Assembly: GCF_006345805.1 (NCBI RefSeq)
Contig: NC_043010.1
Location: forward strand, 32,426,001 to 32,490,000
DNA length: 64,000 bases
Origin: Octopus sinensis
Lineage: Eukaryota
Direction: 5' to 3'
Each line of letters starts with the position of its first letter. Positions within the stretch are counted from its first letter, which is position 1. The notes below the pieces were generated by a model. It searched no databases. It was given only the letters and a program-made list of their open reading frames with translations, and had not been told where the DNA came from. The position numbers and the translations under genes are program-made. Positions 11,421 to 25,828 of the stretch are shown here, one piece after another.

Positions 11421-12194
11421 ATAGTGGTAGCTGGACAGAGGCGGTTGGACAGGAGAGCTATGAAGAAGGGGAGATAATAAAGTAGTGGTGATCCAAAAAT
11501 GAAGGTGCGCATGCATGTGTATGTGAGAGTGTGTAAGTGTGTGCATGTAGATAGGGGCTGGTGACTTTGACATGTGGATGTATTGGGATGGAGGGGATAA
11601 CGATGAAGGGAGAAGGTGGGCAGAAGTGAAGAGAGGAAGTAGGTGTGAGAGGAAAGAGGAGGGGAGGGGAGTTGAGCCGATGTGGCACAAAGCAGCGAAG
11701 AGAGAAGATCAATTCCTGTTCACTGCGAAGGCAGGTGTCTGGATGGCCCCTCTGCAAAGACAATCCAAACATGCACATATATATATATTTATATATATAT
11801 ATATTTATTTATATATATTTATATATATATATACACACACATAAATGTATATACAAATATATACATATATTTGTATGTATACACATATATATATATGCAT
11901 GAATATCTCCACACACCCTATTATCTCTCTCTCTCTGCATATAGATATATATACGCCCATATATATATTCTTGCACAACATCCATTTTTCTTATGTTTAA
12001 AATTCAAAATGTTGAAACATTTTTAGATATTTGTATATTACTGAAATAATCATTTTCATGTTTTAAAAAATGATTGACGAATTCTTTTGTTTGAAAAAAT
12101 ATATTTTAAATTCTATGTAATGCATGTTTTTGTTTTCAAATTTAATGGTCATAGAAAACAATATTCACTTTATTTTTCACTGTTCTTTTTTAAG

Positions 12195-12313
12195 GGGAGA
12201 CCCGTTATTTGGCTTGCTTAGCTCCATACTGTGGTGAAATTTCCATGGATACCTCCATCAATCCTATTTTACCATCTTCTTTAATTGTTCAAGATGAATA
12301 TATATTTGTACAG
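12195..12313 (+). CDS. SORCS: Internal coding exon of a SorCS-like VPS10P-domain receptor (counterpart of vertebrate SORCS1 exon 7)
   Basis: Acceptor tgttcttttttaAG, donor CAG|GTGAGT. 119 nt, phase 1 to 0, no stops: (G)ETRYLACLAPYCGEISMDTSINPILPSSLIVQDEYIFVQ. Resembles recalled SorCS1 SHYLTC...IDPDSLIVQDHYVFVQ and SorCS2 DFRYVTC...SLTVQDDYIFFK. Confidence 0.9.
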
Positions 12314-13181
12314 GTGAGTCAGCTTTTTCATTTCTTTCAATTTTCTATGTGTTTATGCACACAAGTGTAGTTGTGTGTACAAATATGTATGTATGTGTCT
12401 ATGTGTGTATGTATACAAATGTGTGCATATATATGTGTATTTGTGTTGTGTGTATGTATGTATATAGATGTGCATGGATGTGTGTGCATATATATATACA
12501 TAGAGAGAGAGGGGAGAGGGAGAGAGGGGGACAGACAACAGAGGTGTGTTTCTATATGTGTATGTATATCAATGCATGAGTGCATATATACACAGGTGTC
12601 AGTACTTGTATATAACTGTGTGTGGTTTTCTTGTATAATTCACACACCTATCTGTGTGTGTATGTGTATTTAAATATGTATGTGCATAAGCATATGTGTG
12701 TGTGTGCGTTTTCTAGATGTTAAAGGCTCATTCATCATCAAGGACACTATTTCATAAGAAATCCAGAACTTTGGACGGAATTACTGTGTTTTGAAATTTG
12801 TTCCCCACCACCCTTTATTATGAGCCTATGTGTCTTTTTACTTTACTTTCCTCTCACTTTCATACAAATCAACCACAATAAGAACAACATTGAGGAAAGA
12901 GAATGCTTCAACACAGTGTTTGATCAGTTAGAAAAAGCAGCCAAATCTGCCTTGACTTGCACCTTGCTGTCTTAAAAAGGAAAAATACATTAGATATTAT
13001 AAAACTATATTGTATAACAGTCCTTCATACAACATGGTCTTATGTCTGAAATTTAGAACAACTTTGATCATGTGCTTCTTTATGAAACAACAACAAAACA
13101 TATTGGAACAATAATCAAATAAATCTGGTATTAAAAATTTTCTGCTTTGTGACTTTTACTCGGTCTATTTTTTATTTTTAA

Positions 13182-13402
13182 TCCTTTAGCATTTAAACCG
13201 ACCATATCCAGTCAAAATATACTACGTATTTTATGTTCCAACCAGCTAGATCTTGCTTCTCACACCTACCCTACAATGTCATTCTAAAACTAAGCAATCA
13301 CATTACTGAAATTTCAAAGCTAAAAGACTATGCATTGTTAATTCAAAACAATGTGAATAAATAAGCATTACATTTGATTAGAGTAATCTGAATGCTAAAG
13401 GG
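13182..13402. mobile_element. piggyBac-like MITE, 221 bp
   Basis: TTAA|TCCTTTAGCATTTA...TGAATGCTAAAGGG|TTAA. Confidence 0.85.
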
Positions 13403-14114
13403 TTAATGTTCACTTGGCAAATATTCCATATTTTACAATAAAATCTTTTATTTACTGCACCTTGCAACCATTTTTTCCATGAGTGCAGCACTGGAATGGT
13501 TTAATAAGAAACGGTTGATTTCTTTTAGCTGAATGGGCTTTCTATCACAAACCTCCTGACTGAAGTAAGATTGGAAGTTGTTGTTTTATCACTCAAGCAA
13601 ACTAGAGCAAACAAATTTGAAACACAACACATGCCAATAAAGATACAGTTCCACTGCAACTTAACTGAGAAAAAGGCTGTTTGTCTGTAGATTCTGGCCT
13701 CAAGGTTTTAAATGTAATTTTTTTCTCTCGCCTATATAGATCAATCATTCTGGCTGTCATTACCAGATGCTCATTGTTCAATTGGTTTTTGGTTGAACTT
13801 AGTGGTTGTGGTGCATACTCTCTCTTCCTTTCTTCTCTCTGGAGATACTTATAGAAAAATCAGAATTTAATGAATTCAAAGAAAAGAATCCATCAGCCCA
13901 TGAGAGCAGAACAGAGAAGACTTGACAGGAACTGGTCAAGGGGTGAGAGTGGCAGTAGCATCAGCAACAATAGAAGAATTAGCAGCAGAAATAGGAACAA
14001 ACAGAGTAAATCTTTTAAATGTGACTAAAGAACAAAAATTATTAATCAAATAAGAGTAAAAATAGACAAGAGACAGTAAATGCTTAAAAGAGTAAAAAGT
14101 ACTAAAATATAACA

Positions 14115-14470
14115 ATAATAATCCTTTCTACTGTAGGCACAAAGCTTAAAATTTGTGGGAGGGGACTATCAATTACATTGATTCCAATATTCAACTAGTA
14201 CTTAATTTATCGACCCTGAAAGGCTAAGTTGACCTTGGCAGAATTTGAACTCAGAACATAGTGACAGGCAAAATACCATTAAGCATTTTGTCGAATGAGC
14301 TAACAATTCTGCCAGCTCACCACCTTGATGATGATGATGCTAGTCCTTTCCTTATAGGCACGAAGCCTGACATTTTGAGGAAGGGGGCTAGTTGATTACA
14401 TCAACTCCAATGTTTGACTGGTACTTATATCATTGACCCCAAAAAAGATGAAAGGCAAAGTTGACCTCAG
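14115..14470 (-). mobile_element. Two adjacent partial copies of a second SINE family
   Basis: Reverse complement of the GACTTTGCCTTTCATCCTTTCGGGGTCGATAAATTAAGTACCAG core seen in several other copies. Confidence 0.75.
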
Positions 14471-15058
14471 CATCTCCCTTAGAGGCTGACAATATATGCA
14501 TCCCTGATCGAGAGCATCATAGCCATGTGTTGAGAGGGCATCTTTAAGGGTTTGAATAATTCACCTCTGGAAACATAGGCGTTTTGTTCATCATACTTAA
14601 ACAGCCCTTATTCAGGGAACTTTTGAGCAGGATGGGCTACTAGACCTCAAAAAAATCTTAACTGGGCCCCCACCTATTAGGTCATACACTGTTTATCTTG
14701 ATATGAGATCATCATGTCATGCACATGGTTGTGATGTGTATGCCTAATGTACACTTATCAAACAAGTAGTCATGGTGGGCATGCTGGGCTTCATATATTT
14801 ATACCACAGAGTCATTTTGATGATTTGCACTGCTCTCTCACTCAGTAATAATAACAGTCAAAAGCTTTCTTGCTAACCCCTGGTACTGGTCCCTTCCCTT
14901 TCTTCTGTTCTTTCAATACTCACACTCCAATAAGTGGTTACTCTGTGACTCTCTCCATTTCTTAAGCCTGTTTCTCTCATACTTCATTCTCTCTCATCAC
15001 CTTATCTAAAATCATTACTCTCTCTCTCTCTCTCTCATCACCTTATCTAAAATCATTA

Positions 15059-15096
<38 letters not shown>

Positions 15097-15119
15097 CCCA
15101 TTTTCTTCCAGTTATAGCT

Positions 15120-15346
15120 TGAGGTTCTTTAGTCTTGCAAGTTGTAGGGTGCAACAAAAAAAAAACAAGTCACCCAGTATACTGTAAAGAGGTTGATGTA
15201 GAAAGGGCATCCAATCACAGAAGCCATGCCAAAACGGATATTGGAACATGACATAGGCCTCTGTCTCATTGAATCCTGTCAAATCATTCAATCCATGCCT
15301 GCATGGAAAGCAACACATTTGGAATGGTGGTGATGATGATGATGTT
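15120..15346 (+). mobile_element. Decayed RTE-related 3' UTR fragment
   Basis: AAGGGCATCCA...GCATGGAAA...(GAT)n. Confidence 0.7.
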
Positions 15347-16499
15347 AGTGTGTCCATGAAAGGAAACAATTATTCAAATTATTGAACTTGAAGATTCCAT
15401 TAATGCATCATTTGATACTTAAATGTAGACTCAGTTGGAAATAGGTAATATAATTCCATTTAGTGTCAACACATACACACACACACACAGATATACTCAG
15501 ATGCATGCACACACATACGCACACATAAACACATTCACAAACATACATAGACACACAGTAGCACTTACTTACACCCCGACCATTTCCATTACATTCCAAA
15601 ACCTAAAAACTGGACTGACAAATGTGTTCATCTTAATGTAAACTGGTGAATGTCACCTTTCTGTTATGGAATCACACTTTCAAAGAGTACACTTAATACG
15701 GTTTAACATTCAACCAACTACTTTAGTTAGAAGTTGCCAGAACAAGACAAATGTGCCACGAAACGGTTGCTGTAATATATTACATGATAGCTTCTCAGCC
15801 TTGCATCACAGTTTCAGCTATAAACATCACTTTTCAACATCTAATTTCCTTCAAAACAAACAAAAATGAAAGAAAGAAAAAGCACACACATATCCTGCTG
15901 TTCTGCATAATAATAAAAAAAATGTGCTCCAAGACCAGAACACATCATAACTACAAAACAGATTAAAAGTCTGTCAGAAATATCCTAAAAGCAAAGACAT
16001 CATGCATTAATGCTAATGATTAACTTGGTCATTATATATTATCGCAACATTGAACTAGAACAAACTAAAGGTATACACTAACACAAATGAGGAATAAAGC
16101 ACCAAACAGTGACAGAAAATTGCAAAGGCAATCTCCATAAATCTATAAATCATCTTTTAACTTGAATCTGGTTTTCAATGTGTAAAATCTGTAGGTTATT
16201 GGTTTTGGCTTGTGTTTGTTTCCTTTTTGTGCTTGTGTTTTATTACATTTTTTTTATCACAATTCAAAAACATTAAAAATTTGATGTGTCAACCCTCTCA
16301 ATCGACCAATATATGTATGCATGTGTATTTGTGGGTGTGTGCACACCCACCAACCCTATATATATATATACACATACATAGACACACACACATACATATG
16401 TGTATATGTATGTGTGTTTATAATCTCTTATGAAATGCACAGAGTTTCTTTTCCAGATCTTTTGTGAGATACACTCACACTGCACTTAGTCTTTTCCTT

Positions 16500-17950
16500 C
16501 TTTTTTTTCTTCTGGTAGAATTTTTCAGTGTCACTGTTTCTGTGGAAGTTTGTAGTTGATGTCAGGATCTTATGGGTTTCAATATCTATGGATTGAGAAT
16601 CTTCTTTAGACCAGGAAAGTATTCCAAATGTTAATGCAGGTTCTGCAGATGTATTGTGAAATATTGTCTTGTAAGAGCAAAGGTCTGCTTGTCATATTGT
16701 TTTAAGTCTGCTATTATATTCTTTGATTAGTCTATTCTTGTTCACAGTGTCTTTTGTATAACACATTTCCATTAAGACCTAGGTATACATAGCATACATT
16801 GTGTAGAAGAGGAGAGATAGAGAGATAATTGATGCAGAGATTTTAGGTTTGGGCAAACTCCATCCCTATATCAACAGAAAATGTTATGATTGAATCAAGC
16901 TGTTTTTCAGTATCGTAAATATTTCTGGCATAGATTGTTAGATTGTCCACAAAGAAACTATGGGCAATCTTGTTTTCCCTTGTTGTTGTAGACCCTAAAA
17001 TATTGCCAGTGCATTTTTTAAATAAGAAATTTTAGTGGATTAAGGACGAAACTAACCAGAAGCATAGCAGTCTATTAAATATTCATGACATCTGAGACAG
17101 ATTGTGGATCAGGTTTCCATGAGCCTTTCAATAGAAGCAGCAAAGTCAGCAGATATTTTTGCCAGCTGTAGTGATCTCAGTTGCCATGAATGAGGGATGG
17201 AATCAAGTGAATGCCTTTCTGTAATCAAGCCATAATATCACAAGGTTTCTGTATTGTTTTCTTACTTCAGACATCGTAATTTTATTTACCAAAAGTTCAG
17301 CACAACCCTGTACTGCTTTCTTTCCACTTACCTACTTGTCAGTGACTATGTAGTTAGACTCACAATGGTCTTGGAGAAATTTGTTCAAGTGGATTGAGTC
17401 CAGTTTGTACATTATGTAAAAGCCAGCAATGGGCCTATATTCCTCTGACAAAACAGTGTTTTTGTTCTTGATCTCAAGGTTTGATTGTGATATAGCAAGC
17501 CCGTTCCTTATGTCAATCTGACCTCCCATAGACTTTTGAAGTATTTGTATAAGTGATTTTCTATAAAAAGTCAATGTGTTGTGTTTGTAGCCAACTATCA
17601 GGTCTCTTTATATAGCTTTCCCATTGCATTTATGAAAGTTTCAGTGTCAATCATTATAAGTTTTACTGTTATTGTTGGTACAGTATTCTCAATATATTAT
17701 TTAGTCATATTGTATTCCAATTAAAACCCTTAATTCTATTCTGGATCTAAGACTAGAGCTTCCTGTGAAGCTCTTTTTACTGAAATATCTTCCCTTTTAT
17801 CCTCCTGTATATAGTTTGTTGATCAAAAGAAAACTTGTGAGTTATCCTGGCTTATTCATTAAACTGGTAGTGGAGTTTTTCACTAAGTCTTGAGTTTGTG
17901 TTTCTGGGTATAATTTTCCTTTCAGATTAAGAGAAGGATCTCTATTTGAT
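16500..17950 (-). mobile_element. Decayed R4/Dong LINE reverse transcriptase region
   Basis: EEYRPIAGFYIMYK...GCAELLVNK...NLVILWLDYRKAF.DSIPHSW on the minus strand, with stops and frameshifts. Confidence 0.8.
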
Positions 17951-18027
17951 TTTACTTTTCTTAGTTGGTGTTGTTGGAGTGTTGTTAAATCTATCATTCA
18001 CTTTACATTTTACAAAGGCATTTGAGA

Positions 18028-18390
18028 TAGGTGCAGACGTGGCTTTATGGAAGAGAGATTTGCTTTTATGGGTTCAGTCCCACTGCATGGCACCTTGGGC
18101 AAGTGTTCTGCTAGTATAGCCTTCAACAGTTAAAGCCTTGTGAAAGAATCGCATTGTGTGTGTGTGTGTGTGTTTGTTGACAGTGCATCTTAATTGTAAA
18201 TGAGTGTCACTGTTATAGAAGCAGTGTCATTCATTTCCAGTATTCTACAAAAAATATCTAGCCATTGAGAAATATTACCTTGCTTGGAAACAGGTAAGAA
18301 TTGGCTTCAGGAAGGGCAATCAGACGTAGAAAATTTAATTCAATACATTTTGTCCAACTCATGTAAAAATGGAAAAGTGGGCATTAAAAC
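18028..18390 (+). mobile_element. SINE head with RTE-like 3' portion
   Basis: GGTGCAGACGTGGCT...GGGTTCAGTCCCACTGCATGGCACCTTGGGCAAGTG, then AGGAAGGGCAATCAG...TAAAAC. Confidence 0.7.
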
Positions 18391-19503
18391 GATTTAACTG
18401 CTGTATTTGGTGATGTAAATTTTTTATGCTTCCTTCTAGAGTTGTTATTTACCTGAGTTGCTTATAATGGTTTGTTTTATTGCTGTGTACTTTGCAAATA
18501 TCTCCCAAGTATTCTTTTGGAGCAGCCATATAGAGACAGTTATTGATATTCCAGTACAAGTTGCCACATTTTTATATCATTTACAGTGATATCATCAATA
18601 ACTTTTATTATGGGTTGGGTTGGCCTTCTCCCCACTCTCATTCCCTAAAACATCTGTTAATTAATGATAGCTTAGGGAAGGTGAAAACATTGTTTCCATA
18701 TTGTGCTTCTAAAATATTTTTCAGCTGTGTTCATTCTATAGTTACCTTTGTTGGGTCAGTATGTAGAGATCTGATCTAGCAGAGTTATGTGATGGTGATG
18801 CAAATAGTGTCAGTTTGTTTGCATCCTTGTTAGTTTCTATGCCAGTTTTTGACTAGTTTTCAGTATAGAAAGCAAGATGACTAGCATCACAGGAATTAGA
18901 ATATCAATCGATATCTCTCACAGATATTGTTTTGATGTAGAAAGATGCCTGTTGACACAACGGTTAAGGTATGATGTGACTTAAGTTTGAGTGAGATTGT
19001 TCCCAGTATTTTTTAACTACTTCAAGTAGCTGATTGTGAGATCTTCTTGGGCTTTTTCATAGCATCAGAGAACCTCCTGATTTTATTACAAAGACCAAAG
19101 TGAAATGAGAAAGGTGCTTGCATTTTTTGAAGATTGTTCACAGATGTGGTAGTAATGTTGCTGTCCACACATCAATGCACATACTCCAAAGCACACACAC
19201 CTACACATACACACACATCCACATATACACCAACACACTAACAATCATACACACACCAACACACTAACAATCACACACACACTAACATACACCAGCACCC
19301 ATCAACACATACAAACACACACACACTCACACATACACCGAGACACTCATACACATACACATCAGTGTGTACACATTAACTTTTACAAACAGATTTTGTA
19401 TTCACTGATAAGAAAATAAAATGTAAACAACTCAGTATTATTTCTCACATCACCCTCTCCTTCTCCATCTCTTCCTTTACTTCATCTCTTTCTCATTCCA
19501 GCA

Positions 19504-19534
<31 letters not shown>

Positions 19535-19652
19535 CCTTACCTCTACTACTATCTCTACTACTCTCTCACATTTTTCTCTTTTTGTCTTTCTCCCTCTCTC
19601 TCCTTCCTTCAGTTTATATTTAAAAAAAACATTCATTTCAGTAAAGCTAATG

Positions 19653-19728
<76 letters not shown>

Positions 19729-20559
19729 AACACACAAACAAACACACATGTATAAAAGAATGCTATGAAAGTTAGCTACAGTTGTACTAAAAGTATTGAG
19801 AATTTGATTTCTGGCTTCAGCAAAAGTAGCAACAGAAACTATAACATAATAGTTTTGTATCAGTTAACCAGCACTAGTGTAACTGTGACAACATTTGCTC
19901 ATGTCTTTATACTGATAAATGTCTCAGCTTGAAATTCATATACTTGTCCAAAGTGAAGCTTTAAAGCAAAAGAGCATACTTATTTAGCTGAACAGAACAT
20001 ACCTTCAAGAGCAGACATACACAGCATGTATATTCTTTTAGTCACAGTGACAAGAAACACCATTTCCCTCCTACAAAACAATATGGTGACTAAAAGACAA
20101 ATAAATGTACTACAAATTTAAAATAACAATTGTAGAATCTACCCAATTATATTCTGGAGGATCTGGATAGTGCTGCCTATGTAACAGGCAAATAATCTTC
20201 ATCTTGATGTTTCCTATCAATTTTTTTTTGTTTTTTATTTTCTCTTAGTGTCTAATACTACAGCAACAATGGCAATTTCTTCTTGCAACCAACTGCTGCC
20301 ATATGTGCCACACAACCTCAATATTAATATATTTCATATTTATTCCTCTTATTTTGTCCTTACTGTACCTCCTTCCTTTACTTTATGTATGGGAACAAAG
20401 ATATAAGACAAATCTTTTTAAGAGGTGCTACTTGAAAATAATTTACAGATGAAAAATATATAAACCAATGAAGAGCACTGAAGCCACATGCAATACAGTA
20501 ATACAAATACATACCTACTGAATAAATCTTATAATGCAGAAGTCAAAATTTCTAAGGCA

Positions 20560-20770
20560 GAGGTCATCTCAACAGAATCTGAACTACAATAAAGGACACA
20601 CACATAACATAGACATGACAGAAGAAAAATATAAGCAAATATTTTATTGTTGAATATCTTCCATTATACAGATAAAAAATTTAAGCCCTACAAGAAAGGA
20701 AACAAAATGTGTTATCTGTGCACAGCAGAGAAGAGGAAAATCCTCAGAATCCTACATAATCAAAACCTCT
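20560..20770 (+). mobile_element. Penelope-like element GIY-YIG C-terminal relic
   Basis: KPYKKGNKMCYLCTAEKRKIL fits the Y..G...C.LC..EK..IL motif of Penelope-like endonucleases. Confidence 0.6.
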
Positions 20771-20771
20771 A

Positions 20772-20977
20772 CCTTATTTTTTGGTATACAAGTTGATGTA
20801 CTAGATAGTGTAAACATACAGCATAAACATTCAAATGCCATCACTGTCTTTCCAAATCCCACTACATTTCACGTGAAATTTTTAGGCCTCCAAAGTTGTC
20901 TTGGTGTAAAAGTTGACCTACCTTTTAGGCTGTATAATTTGATCTGAAAAATTTGACTAATATGCTAGAAAATGCAG
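20772..20977. mobile_element. Decayed pogo/Tc2-type MITE
   Basis: TA-CCTTATTTTTTGGTATACAAG ... CTAATATGCTAGAAAATGCAG-TA: imperfect TIRs resembling TACCGTATTTT termini. Confidence 0.55.
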
Positions 20978-23361
20978 TATTGATACATAAAATCAAGAGA
21001 ATTTCAGTAAAGTGAGATGCTTTAAAATGCCTTTGTTATTAAACTAGGAAAAACTACCATCACTGAACAGAAATCACAAAAATACACTGGGATTTGAAAT
21101 TACATCAATTTAGGATTTCTTTATTTTTCTGTTGTTATCTCGTCCTCTTCTATCTTTTCTCTTTCTCATATTTCTTTACATCGTTTTTTTCTTCCTGCAC
21201 TTACCTCCCCCTTTCCTTATGACTATTATGTTCATTCACATTGATGATGTATACTCCTGAATTTTATGTAACACACTTGCACACTTGTCTTTCCTCAATT
21301 TTCAGCATGAATGTATGTAATTTTCCAGCATTTCCAAAGTGGTCAAAGAGAATAACTCACATCTACTATCTAAAAGTTGTTCATCTTAAAAGAAGTATAA
21401 GTGTTTATACACATTTTTTCCACATCTCTAAATACATGAAAATGTACGATCTGAATGAATGCTTAGTTTGAAATTTTAACAGCTTTTCTATTTTACTCAC
21501 ATTGCTTTAATAGTTACATTATTCTAAATGTTTGTATCAAGTGGTACATGTGTGTATACATACAAACACATGCACATGTGTATTGAAAAGGAGTGGATAG
21601 GTATCCCATATGGTGTACTTAGTGGAAGCTATGGACACAAGCACTTAAGGTGGAAATACAGATGGATTGAGACAGATAAGACTGATTTTATGTGGTTGAT
21701 GTACAAGAAAAGTTAGCTGTTACAGCACATGTAAAACAAATTCCTTCAAATGCTTAGAGAATTTTGTAGAAGTACTGAATAGCTTTTGTTGTCTAGGTGA
21801 CCTTAATTAGCAGTGGCACTAGATTAACCAAAAGCATGGTTACCAAAGGGGAAAAATCTAAGGGGTTACCACCTCTGCTGGTAACAAATGTTTTCTTCTG
21901 GGATACAAGTTCATCCCCTATAACTGCAATGAAGATGCTGTGAACATCCCCCAGAAAAACTTTGTTGCCAAAATGAATAAGTGTAGAAGCATTTTTGGAC
22001 TGATTTGAAACATTACTTTTTCATTATTGGATTTATCCAATTTAATTGATATTCAAATATAATAATAATAATAATAATTTTGGACTTGGGTTTGCACCCC
22101 CTAAGCAAATTTCTTTCCTACACAGGATTGTTTTGTGACAGCAAAACATGGGTGTTGATTATGGAACATGCATGAAGACTGGACAGAAATGAGGTATACA
22201 TGCTAAGATGGATGTGTTATGATAGCAAAGTACAAATGAGCCAAGAGAAAAACTGCATATAAGAGAAATCAAATGCTGTGTTTAAGGGAGAAGTTTGGGC
22301 AGATGATGTGCATGGCAGATGTCACTTGAGTGAGGATGATCTAGTAATGTCTCTCATTCTTTCTCTTTTACATTACCTTTTCTTCTCTCACACACTCTCT
22401 TTTTGAATGATTTCTTATATCACCCTTGTCCTAATAATGTTGAATTTGTTTTTGTTATCTACATTCCAATGATTGAGCTTTGTATCTTTGTTAGAAACTA
22501 TCTCCTTCCTCAGAGAAAGAATTTAAATAATTAAAAAATAGAAGAGAACATAGATAGACAGAGAAACACACAATCACACAAGCATGTGCATGCACACGTG
22601 TGTGTGTGTGTGTGTCTGTGTGTGTGTGTGTATGGTGAGGGAACTTCATCAATAATGTCTAGCTCTTTTGTGAGATTTGTAAATCAAAGCTACTTGCTTG
22701 GGTCTGATTGACTATAGGTGTTATACAATGCTGAGGAAACTGATGATAGTTCTGGTGTTGTGAATTTAATTCTAACCTTTTCTCTTTTTCTTCTTGTTGT
22801 ATCATCTAATTTGACTTAGCCATATTTAATCCTTTCTTAATGATTCTCCAGCATTATTTGCAACCAGTTTTCATCTTCTTCTATACAGACACAATCAGGC
22901 CACTTACTTCACTGAAATTTTTTTTGATAATATATTTATAATGGAGTTTCTGGCAGCCTTCTTCAGTGGTTTCTGCATTTCAGCCCACTGTAGAGTACAA
23001 CCTTTTGGGATCATACTGTTCTCCATATGGACCACACATCCCACTCAGTGCCAGTATCATTCCGTTAGGATAGACTTAATATTAGGCATATTTGCACACT
23101 ACACGATTTCCTTGTGGGAGATTTGATTTCACCAAGAAATGTTCATTATAGATCATAGCCAGTGCCACTGTCAGATAAGTAGCATTCTTAAATGCTAACA
23201 ATGTATTATGTAGATCTCTGGACACTGGATAGAAGTACTGCTCAGTAAACTTTGTATTTTGTTGAAAGTTTTAAGCCACATTTTGCCCACAACGAAACAT
23301 TGAACATCTCAAACATGATCACAGATGACTGCATGTAATGCATCTTGGTTATTATTGTCAG

Positions 23362-23575
23362 AGGCGAGCTGGCAGAAATGTTAGCACGCCGGATGAAATG
23401 CTTAGCGGTATTTTGTCTGCGTTATGTTCTGAGTTCAAATTCCACCAAGGTCAACTTTACCATTCATCCTTTCGAGGTCAATAAATTAAGTACCAGTTAC
23501 ACACTGGAGTCGATATAATCGACTTAATCCGTTTGTCTGTGTTTAGCCCCTTGTGGGTAGTAAAGAAATAGGTTA
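23362..23575 (+). mobile_element. SINE (second family)
   Basis: AGGCGAGCTGGCAGAA head, GAGTTCAAATTCC B-box-like motif, TTTAGCCCCTTGTGGG tail. Confidence 0.85.
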
Positions 23576-23579
23576 TTAT

Positions 23580-24200
23580 TGTCAGAAATTATGCTATCTA
23601 AATACTTAGACATTTTTACCTTACTTAGAGGCTGGTTTACTATCCTAATACTCAGAGGTTCATGTTCCAACATGCCAGGTTTAGGTTGATACAAGATTTC
23701 AGTCTTTTTAATATTTATTGACAAACCAAAAATTGATGTTGTACATTCAAAATAGTGTGTAATTTTATGGATATCATCTAGAAAATAAGCCACTAGGGTC
23801 GAGTCATCGGTGAAAAGACGTTTACAAATACACATATCACAGCACTTCCTGGTGATGCTTAGTCTATAATGTGCAACACTTTACAGTCCATTCTTATGCA
23901 GATATACACATCACCTATTTTCAAGTACAGCACCCAGAAGTAGTGCAGATGGTGGTGTGATTGAAAAAGGTACCAATCTATGACTCCAAAGAAAGAGATC
24001 ATGACAGATATGTCATGAAATTGCTTGGCAGTCTCCCAATATTTTGCAAGCAGGGTCCATAAGTTCACTCTACCCACATTCTCAAAAGCATTCATAAAGT
24101 CAATGAATATGATAAATGAAATACATTGTGTTATAGAATTCTCTTGGAATTGATGTAAGAGTAAAAATCATATCTTGAATGCATCTTCACATATAAACTC
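23580..24200 (-). mobile_element. Decayed RTE reverse transcriptase fragment
   Basis: FIDFMNAFENVGRVNLWTLLAKY and LFTDDSTLVA...FGLSINIKKTEILYQPKPG (ORFs 23859-24095 and 23524-23835). Confidence 0.8.
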
Positions 24201-24356
24201 CACACTGACTTTCAGAGTGAATTCATTCAATTATTATTATTTTTTTTTATCAAACTAGTCTGTATGCATGTGTTTCAGAAAGCTGAGTGAGGCAGTGACT
24301 GTTTTGTAGGTTGTCTAAAGCAAGTGTGCTTGATATGTGTGTGTGTATTATATGTA

Positions 24357-25606
24357 TTGGGTCATCCTATAAATAATGCAATTCTTTTATATTTCTTTTA
24401 TTTTTCAAAATTAAGATAAACAAAGTTCTTTTTTAATATTAAAATATACTCTCCCTCATTTTCTACAATGCTCTTCCATCTATCTGGTAGACTTTCAAGG
24501 CCCCTCTTCCAAAATTCCCTTGGCCATGATGAAAAATACTCCTCCAGTACTATTCTGACCCTGTCTACAGAATTCATATTTTTTCCATCCAAATGGAGAC
24601 TGCAGAGTAAATGATTACCAGATGGGGCAATGTCCAGCAAATATGATGGGTGGGGCATCGTCTCCTATTCAAACTGCTCCAGCCTTTGGAATGTCAACCT
24701 CACTGTATGTAGCCGAACATTATCCTGATAGAAGAACACCTTTTGTCTTGAAACAAAGATGGTCATTTTCCTTCTAAACTTAAACTATTCAAGCTGCTCA
24801 CAGTTGATCTTTGTTATCGTTTGATTTAGGTTTAAAAGTTCAAAGTCGACTAAACCTTTCTTATCCCATCAAATAGATAACAAAATCTTACATGTGTGAA
24901 GACTGTCTTTAGCCTGGGGTGCCGGTGTTTCTCCTTTCCCTACCCACTGTCTTTAGTGCTTGATATTTCTATAAAGGACCCATTTCCCGACACCAGTCAC
25001 TATTCGGTCCAAGGTTCATCTGTGAGATGTAACAGCAAAGAAGAACACACATTCACTCTCTGCATGCAATTAGGCTTGGTAAGTTTGGGAAGAACCAATT
25101 GACTCAATTTGCTGACTTTTCCAATGGCATGCAGGTGTCGATGAATGACCAAATCCAAGCTTCTCTGCTAGTTCCTCAATAGTTATGATGGGATTTTGTT
25201 CACCAGGGTTTGCAGGACATCCTCATCAAGCTCTATAGATCATCCAGGACAAGGCTTGTCTTCTAGGCTGTTGTTTCTGGCTCAGAACCGTTTACACTGG
25301 CTTACGCTTATTGTCCGATCCCCATATACTGCATTAATATTCCTTGCACTTTCCATTGCATTGTTGCCTTTATTGAAACTCATAAAGCAAAATATGCCAA
25401 ACATGCTCTTTTGTCACTTCCATTATAGCTTTGAAAAAATAACTGTTAAAATTGAACTGCATTCTTCAAAACTTTCACTAAGAGTAAGGACAAGGTAAGA
25501 TTACTACCTGCTCTTATAGCAAGTTGATGCAAGTAGTTTATCCTGTCTCCTTCCAACTTTTAGTTCATGCAATTGAAAAAACTGCATTATTTATGGGATG
25601 ATCCAA
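24357..25606 (-). mobile_element. Full-length decayed mariner, second family
   Basis: TIRs TA-TTGGGTCATCCTATAAATAATGC and GCATTATTTATGGGATGATCCAA-TA. C-terminus PHPSYLLDIAPS...FWKRGLESLPDRWKSIVENEGEYI. Confidence 0.92.
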
Positions 25607-25759
25607 TATATAAATGTATGTGCATTTATGTGTGTATATATACATACTTACATACATACATACATATATATATGTATATATATATATATATATATGTACG
25701 TGTATGTATATATATATATATACATACATACACACACACACACATATATATATATACAT

Positions 25760-25828
<69 letters not shown>

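Noticed and set aside
13764-13838. Minus-strand 75-nt AG/GT-bounded open segment (REERKREYAPQPLSSTKNQLNNEHL)
   Set aside because: No recognisable homology and no partner exons.
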